The translations under genes and the position numbers were made by a program. Under the pieces are notes generated by a model, which was not told the origin of the DNA, ran no database searches, and was given only the letters and a program-made list of their open reading frames with translations. A DNA stretch of 64,000 bases from Gammaproteobacteria bacterium (GTDB lineage: Bacteria; Pseudomonadota; Gammaproteobacteria; SURF-13): positions 22,339-86,338 of the forward strand of contig JAUXUQ010000012.1 in assembly GCA_030680605.1 (NCBI GenBank), read 5' to 3'. Below are positions 58,821 to 64,000 of this stretch, one piece after another (position 1 is the stretch's first letter; each line of letters opens with the position of its first letter).

Positions 58821-59942
58821 TCACCCCGCTGCAGCCAGTTTCCGGTAGACATCCAGGGTCGATTCAAGCATGTGCGCCAGGGTAAACGGGTGCTGTCCGG
58901 GAACGCTGGGCGCTTGCGCGTGCCACCCGGCGAGCCGTTGCATCATCGCAGCGTAGTCGCCCACCGGCACGCGCCCCACCGGGAATACCGCGGCAAGCTG
59001 CTCGGCGACACCGCCGTGATTGTAGGCCGCGACCGGCACGCCGAGGCTGAGCGCCTCCAGGGACACGCGCCCGAACGCCTCCGGATCGGTGGACAGCGAC
59101 AACACCACGTCTGATACCGCCATGATCTCCTTGAGATCACTGCGGTGGCCGGTGAAGGTGATGTCGGCCGAAAGCCCGGCCTCCGCAACTTTGGCGCGCA
59201 GCTCAGCGGCGTAATGCTGCTTGCGCGGGTGCGCGTCGCCCACCAGCAGCCCGTGCACCGGCAGGCCTCGCTGCTTCAGGCCGGCGATAACACGAATGAA
59301 ATCCTCCTGCCCCTTCCAGCGCGTCAATCGCCCCGGCAGCGTGATGACGTACTTGCCCTGCAACTGCGGATACTGCGCGCGCCACTGCGCCAGCCACCCG
59401 GGCGACGGCTGATAGCCGTGCGGGAACTCCGCCGGATCGACGCCGCGATGAATGACTTTGATGCGCGCCGGATCGGTCAGCGGGTAATTCGTGAGGATGT
59501 AATCCCGCACGGTGTTGGACACGGCGATGACGCGCTCGCCGCGTGTCATGATGGCGCTGTAGCGGTTCACCGAATAGAGGCCGTGTACGGTGGTGACGAA
59601 GCGCGGGCGGGTTTGCGGGGCCATGCCCTTCCAGGCCAGGTAGCATACCCAGGCCGGCAGGCGCGAGCGCGCATGCAGGATGTCGACCTGGTTTTCGCGC
59701 AGGAAGCGGCGTAAGCGAGGAATGAGGCGCAGCGTCCACAGCGATTTCCTGCCAATGTCCCATTGAATGTGCTCGCTGCCGTCACGCTCCAACTCGGCAA
59801 CCATGCGGCCGCCCGCCGAAATGACCAGCGAGCGGTGGCCGTGCCGCACCAGTTCACGCGCCACCTCCAGCGTGCCGCGCTCGACGCCGCCGCTCTCCAG
59901 GGCGGGCAGCACCTGCAGCACGGTCAGCGGCCGGGGAACCAT
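58821..59942 (-). CDS. Glycosyltransferase family 4
   Basis: LPALESGGVERG, HARSR, PGRLTRWKG, EAFGRVSLEA. Confidence 0.9.
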   Translation of the reverse strand: MVPRPLTVLQVLPALESGGVERGTLEVARELVRHGHRSLVISAGGRMVAELERDGSEHIQWDIGRKSLWTLRLIPRLRRFLRENQVDILHARSRLPAWVCYLAWKGMAPQTRPRFVTTVHGLYSVNRYSAIMTRGERVIAVSNTVRDYILTNYPLTDPARIKVIHRGVDPAEFPHGYQPSPGWLAQWRAQYPQLQGKYVITLPGRLTRWKGQEDFIRVIAGLKQRGLPVHGLLVGDAHPRKQHYAAELRAKVAEAGLSADITFTGHRSDLKEIMAVSDVVLSLSTDPEAFGRVSLEALSLGVPVAAYNHGGVAEQLAAVFPVGRVPVGDYAAMMQRLAGWHAQAPSVPGQHPFTLAHMLESTLDVYRKLAAAG

Positions 59943-60844
59943 GTTTCCAGTATAAAGCGCGCGCTGCGCGCCGTTTCGTTGAAGGGTTGCGGCGGCGCGC
60001 GCAGCGCCTTGCCAGTGCGCCACTCGGCGAAACTTGTCAACAGGCCCTGTCCGATTAAATGCTGTACACCCCGGCTGACGCGGCTGTCGGCGCGCCTGGG
60101 CACGGCGAGCACGCCCGTCACGGCGCCAGAACTCAAGGCCTCGTAAATCATGGAGGCGCTGTCCTCCGTGACCCACACTTGCGAGGCGTGCGCGAGCTTT
60201 TCCGGCAACCACTCGGCGCCTGTATCTTGCTGGGCAATGACCTCGACATTATCCAAAGTGAGTTCGCGCAGTCCGTCCAGGGTGGCGTCGGGGGTGCGGC
60301 GCGAGGTCGCAATGCACCAGTATATCCCGCGCTCGCATTCGGCGATGGCGCGCACCTGCTCCAGCACGGATTCATCCGACCAGCCATAGTGTTGCGAAGG
60401 GCCGCCCAGCAGAATCAGACCGCACCGCGTATCCTTCTCGCCCGAAGGACGGATGCGGTTTAGCGCTCCGCGCGTGACCCACACCCGCCCGGAAGGCGCA
60501 ACCGCGTCATGCTGCGGGATAATGCACAGATCAAAGAGACTGAGCGGCAGACTGGGTTTCATGAGCACCACTGCGCGCCCGCCGCGCGCGCGACGGGCGG
60601 CGAGCAGGGTCAGATGCGTGGCGTGCCCCGCGCCCAGCAGCAGATCGGGGTCGGGCAGCCCCTTGGCGGGCAGGAAACGCCCCGCCAGCCCGTACGCCAG
60701 GGCACGCAAGGCAGGCAGTGCCGGCAGGGTGTATGTCGCAACGGGGGCGCATTCTTCCAGGGCCTCCGCCAGACCAAGGCTTTGATTGTCATGGCCGCGC
60801 TTGCCGTCGCTGATGCGCCATACAACAAGTTTCGCCGTGGCCAC
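59924..60844 (-). CDS. ELM1/GtrOC1-family protein
   Basis: SDGKRGHDNQS.GL, IPQHD, LLGGPS, TSRRTP, VTEDSASMIYEA. Confidence 0.85.
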   Translation of the reverse strand: MATAKLVVWRISDGKRGHDNQSLGLAEALEECAPVATYTLPALPALRALAYGLAGRFLPAKGLPDPDLLLGAGHATHLTLLAARRARGGRAVVLMKPSLPLSLFDLCIIPQHDAVAPSGRVWVTRGALNRIRPSGEKDTRCGLILLGGPSQHYGWSDESVLEQVRAIAECERGIYWCIATSRRTPDATLDGLRELTLDNVEVIAQQDTGAEWLPEKLAHASQVWVTEDSASMIYEALSSGAVTGVLAVPRRADSRVSRGVQHLIGQGLLTSFAEWRTGKALRAPPQPFNETARSARFILETWFPGR

Positions 60845-60853
60845 CCCCCTAAA

Positions 60854-61072
60854 CTAATCCTTCAGCACGTAATCCGCGCCGCAATACGGACACTTTGCCC
60901 TGCCGGTGGCCTCGATGGCCAGATACACGCGCGGGTGCGAGTTCCACAGGCTCATATTGTCCATCGGGCAGTGCAACGGCAAATCGGCGCGCGTCACGTG
61001 ATAAAGGTTCTGCGCATTGGACTCAGTCTGCTGTGCTTGGCTATTGGGCGGTACGGGCTTGGACACGCTCAT
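60854..61072 (-). CDS. CHCC zinc-finger protein
   Basis: LPLHCP..WNSHPRVYL..AKCPYCG. Confidence 0.88.
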   Translation of the reverse strand: MSVSKPVPPNSQAQQTESNAQNLYHVTRADLPLHCPMDNMSLWNSHPRVYLAIEATGRAKCPYCGADYVLKD

Positions 61073-61081
61073 CTCCTTGAT

Positions 61082-62008
61082 TCATGCCACCGGCGTCAGC
61101 CATTCGGGATGCTCCTTGCGCCGCCCGTGCACCTGGTCAAAATACAGCGCTTGCAGGCGCGTGGTGATGGGGCCACGGGTACCGCTGCCGATCTTGCGCC
61201 CATCCAGCTCGCGGATCGGTGTGACTTCCGCCGCCGTGCCGGTGAAAAAGGCTTCATCGGCAATATACACCTCGTCGCGCGTGATGCGCTTTTCGCGCAC
61301 CTCGATGCCGAGTTCCGCAGCCAGCTTGAAAATGGTATCGCGGGTAATGCCGTCCAGCGCGGAGGTCAAATCGGGTGTGCAGAGCACACCGTCGCGCACG
61401 ATGAAGATATTCTCGCCGCTGCCTTCGGCCACGTAGCCGTCCACGTCCAGCAGCAACGCCTCGTCCACACCACAGGAAAGCGCCTCGCGCAGCGCCATCA
61501 TCGAGTTCATGTAATTGCCGTTGGCCTTGGCCTTGCACATGGTGATATTGACATGATGGCGCGTGAACGATGAGGTCTTGACGCGAATGCCCTTCTCCAT
61601 GCCCTCGGCGCCGAGGTACGAGCCCCACGACCAGGCGGCAACAATGGCATGCACCTTGAGGTTGTCGGCGCGCAGACCCATGCCCTCCGAACCATAAAAA
61701 CACATGGGCCGGATATAGGCAGACTTGAGACCATTTTCGCCCACTGCCGCGCGGCAGGCGTCGGAAAGCGTTTTTTTGTCATAGGGCATCGGCATGCCCA
61801 GAATGTGCGCCGAGCGCAGCAACCGGTCGACGTGCGCCTCCAGCCGGAAGATCGCCGTGCCCTGCACCGCCTCATAGGCGCGGATACCCTCAAACACACC
61901 CATACCATAGTGCAGGGTGTGCGTCAGCACGTGCACTTTCGCCTCGCGCCACGGCACCAAGGTGCCGTCAAACCAAATGACGCCGTCGCGGTCGTCCATC
62001 GTTGTCAT
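61082..62008 (-). CDS. ilvE: Branched-chain amino acid aminotransferase
   Basis: HTLHYGMGVFEGIRAY, KAKANGNY, EGSGENIF, GTAAEVTP. Confidence 0.97.
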   Translation of the reverse strand: MTTMDDRDGVIWFDGTLVPWREAKVHVLTHTLHYGMGVFEGIRAYEAVQGTAIFRLEAHVDRLLRSAHILGMPMPYDKKTLSDACRAAVGENGLKSAYIRPMCFYGSEGMGLRADNLKVHAIVAAWSWGSYLGAEGMEKGIRVKTSSFTRHHVNITMCKAKANGNYMNSMMALREALSCGVDEALLLDVDGYVAEGSGENIFIVRDGVLCTPDLTSALDGITRDTIFKLAAELGIEVREKRITRDEVYIADEAFFTGTAAEVTPIRELDGRKIGSGTRGPITTRLQALYFDQVHGRRKEHPEWLTPVA

Positions 62009-62032
62009 GCGTTCTCCTTCAATAAATAATCA

Positions 62033-62062
62033 GTCGGATCCGTTACGCTTGATCCGACCTAC
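62033..62062 (-). repeat. GTAG-type REP-like palindrome overlapping the glnE stop
   Basis: Reverse strand GTAGGTCGGATCAAGCGTAACGGATCCGAC; matches 34446-34475. Confidence 0.85.
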
Positions 62063-64000
62063 CACTTTCTTCAAACCATGCGCGCCAGATTTTTATCACG
62101 CCTTTGCGATGGCGGGTAAATTCTTTTGCAGCCACCTGTGCGGGCGCCTCTTGCAGCGCCAGGCGATGCACAGCGCCGATGTAGGCGCGCCACGCCTGCG
62201 TGAGTGTCTCTGCCTGCGCCGCCGTCACTTTCCCGGCCACTGCCAGGCACGCGAGCAGGTCGGCCATGTGCGTCCGGCGCACCAATTCCGGCACCTCATG
62301 CGCATGCAATAGGGCCGCATATTGAACCATAAATTCGATATCGGTGATACCACCGGCATCCTGCTTGAGGTCGAAACGTCCCGCCTCAGTGCTGGCATGC
62401 GCACTACGCATGCGCGCACGCATGGCCGTCACCTCGGTACGCAGATCGGCGCGCGCGCGTGCACGGCCCAGAACTTCCTCCCGCACCGCCGAGAAATGAG
62501 CCGCAATGGCCCCGCCCTGGGCGGGATGCTGTGCCACCACCCGCGCACGCACCAGGGCCTGATGCTCCCAGGTCCAGGCTTGCTGCCGCTGGTAATCCGC
62601 AAATGCCGTCAGGCTCGCCACCAGCAAACCGGATGCGCCGCTGGGCCGCAGGCGCGTATCCACTTCGTACAACACCCCTGCCTGCGTGCGCGTATTGAGC
62701 AGATGGATGATGCGCTGTCCGAGGCGCGCGAAAAACACGGCGTTGTCGAGCGGCTGCGGGCCTGTAGTGCGGGCCTCATCGTCGCCGCTGTCATGCAGGA
62801 AGACGAGATCAAGGTCTGAGGCATAGCTCAGCTCGCGCCCGCCCAGCTTGCCGTAGGCCACGACCGCAAACCCGGCGTCCTTCAGCAGCCCGTTTTCCCG
62901 GTAACGCGGTATGCCATGTTTTGCCCCGAGCTGCCGCCACGCCAGCGCCAGCACTGCCTGCAAAACGGCTTCCGCAATATCGGACAGGTGTGCGCACACG
63001 GCCAGTGCGTCCGGCGCGCGCATAATCTGGGTCGCGGCCACACGCAACATCTGCGCCTGGCGGAAGTGTCGCAGCGCATCCATTTGCTGCTCCAGATCAT
63101 GTGCGGCGGTGGCCTGCAGGCTGCGCTGCAAGTCCTGCGCGAGTGACGCCTGCGCCAGCGGCGCATACAGCGTACGCGGGTCGAGCAGTTCGTCCAGCAG
63201 CAGGGGTTGGCGTGCAAGCAGGGCCGCAATCCACGGGCTGGCCGCGCACAGTTGCACCACCTGCGAAAGCGCGAGCGGATGCTCGGTGAGCAGGGCCAGA
63301 TAGGCCGTGCGGCGTGTTACGGCCTCGACCAGGGTCAGCACGCGCGCCAAGGTGACCGTTGCCTCGACTGCGGCAGGCTGCTGCGTCTGGGCTGCGATGG
63401 CACCTAGGGCCAGCGGCAGCAGCCGATCCATACGGCCACGCCCCTGCGCGCTGAGTGCGCGGCAGGCGTAGACGTCGCGCAACGCCGTAATGCGGCGCCA
63501 GGCCTCTGCCGCATCCGTAAACCCATGTGCATTTAATATGCGCTCTGCCTCAGCCTCATCCGGCGGCGTGAGCCAGAGGCGCGCCAGCTCGGCATCGGCT
63601 GCCTGCTCGGCCGTGGCCTGCGGCGCTGCAAACACCTGCTCAAAATGGCCCTGCACCTGCACCCGGTGCGCCCTTAGCGTCTGCTCGAACGCCACCCAGT
63701 CACCATACCCCATGGCAAAGGCAAGCCGGGCGCGCTCGAAATCGCTTTCCGGCAGGCGGTGCGTCTGCTCGTCGGCAACCTCCTGCAGCCGGTTCTCCGT
63801 CCGGCGCAGAAATTCATATGAAACCGTCAATTCGCGCACCACCTGCTCCGGTAAATAGCCGTGCCCTGCCAGTTGCTCCAGTACCGCGAGCGTGCCACGG
63901 ATTTGCAGGTCCGGGTTGCGTCCGCCGCGGATCAACTGAAACACCTGCGCGATGAATTCAATCTCGCGTATGCCGCCCGGCCCCAGCTTGATATTGTCTT
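62043..64000 (-). CDS. glnE: Glutamine synthetase adenylyltransferase (5' part beyond window)
   Basis: FLRRTENRLQ, YGKLGGRELSYASDLD, LYEVDTRLRPSG, LKQDAGGITDIEF. Confidence 0.95.
   Translation of the reverse strand, partial: DNIKLGPGGIREIEFIAQVFQLIRGGRNPDLQIRGTLAVLEQLAGHGYLPEQVVRELTVSYEFLRRTENRLQEVADEQTHRLPESDFERARLAFAMGYGDWVAFEQTLRAHRVQVQGHFEQVFAAPQATAEQAADAELARLWLTPPDEAEAERILNAHGFTDAAEAWRRITALRDVYACRALSAQGRGRMDRLLPLALGAIAAQTQQPAAVEATVTLARVLTLVEAVTRRTAYLALLTEHPLALSQVVQLCAASPWIAALLARQPLLLDELLDPRTLYAPLAQASLAQDLQRSLQATAAHDLEQQMDALRHFRQAQMLRVAATQIMRAPDALAVCAHLSDIAEAVLQAVLALAWRQLGAKHGIPRYRENGLLKDAGFAVVAYGKLGGRELSYASDLDLVFLHDSGDDEARTTGPQPLDNAVFFARLGQRIIHLLNTRTQAGVLYEVDTRLRPSGASGLLVASLTAFADYQRQQAWTWEHQALVRARVVAQHPAQGGAIAAHFSAVREEVLGRARARADLRTEVTAMRARMRSAHASTEAGRFDLKQDAGGITDIEFMVQYAALLHAHEVPELVRRTHMADLLACLAVAGKVTAAQAETLTQAWRAYIGAVHRLALQEAPAQVAAKEFTRHRKGVIKIWRAWFEESGRSDQA

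Overview
Mostly core chromosome of a GC-rich gammaproteobacterium. In order: a partial REC-GGDEF-EAL gene, a GAF/PAS histidine kinase, a LapB/LapC-type type I secretion pair, argA-msrB-ilvD-dnaQ-rnhA-methyltransferase, gloB-mltD, a peptide ABC transporter, fabI, acs, purB, acnB, hflD-mnmA-nudJ, nrdAB, clpB, waaA-lpxL, a variable surface-glycan locus (manC-gmd-fcl, GT10, truncated FkbM/YrbL genes, IS3 remnant, GTs), ilvE and partial glnE. I found no rRNA, tRNA or CRISPR. The most notable signal is a dispersed ~51-54 bp structured repeat whose hairpin loops carry CsrA/RsmA-type GGA motifs, one matching the SELEX consensus RUACARGGAUGU exactly. It occurs twice between dnaQ and rnhA and once as an in-frame 17-codon insertion in msrB. 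Other palindromes also lie inside coding sequence (gmd, glnE stop). Also seen: an IS5-like MITE, an unannotated 27-aa Lys/Ala-rich peptide after nrdB, a tandem pair of exported Cys-His-Asp proteins inside the nudJ-mnmA operon, and a duplicated lpxL 3' end bracketing the GDP-fucose genes. All calls come from reading the sequence; no database searches were run.
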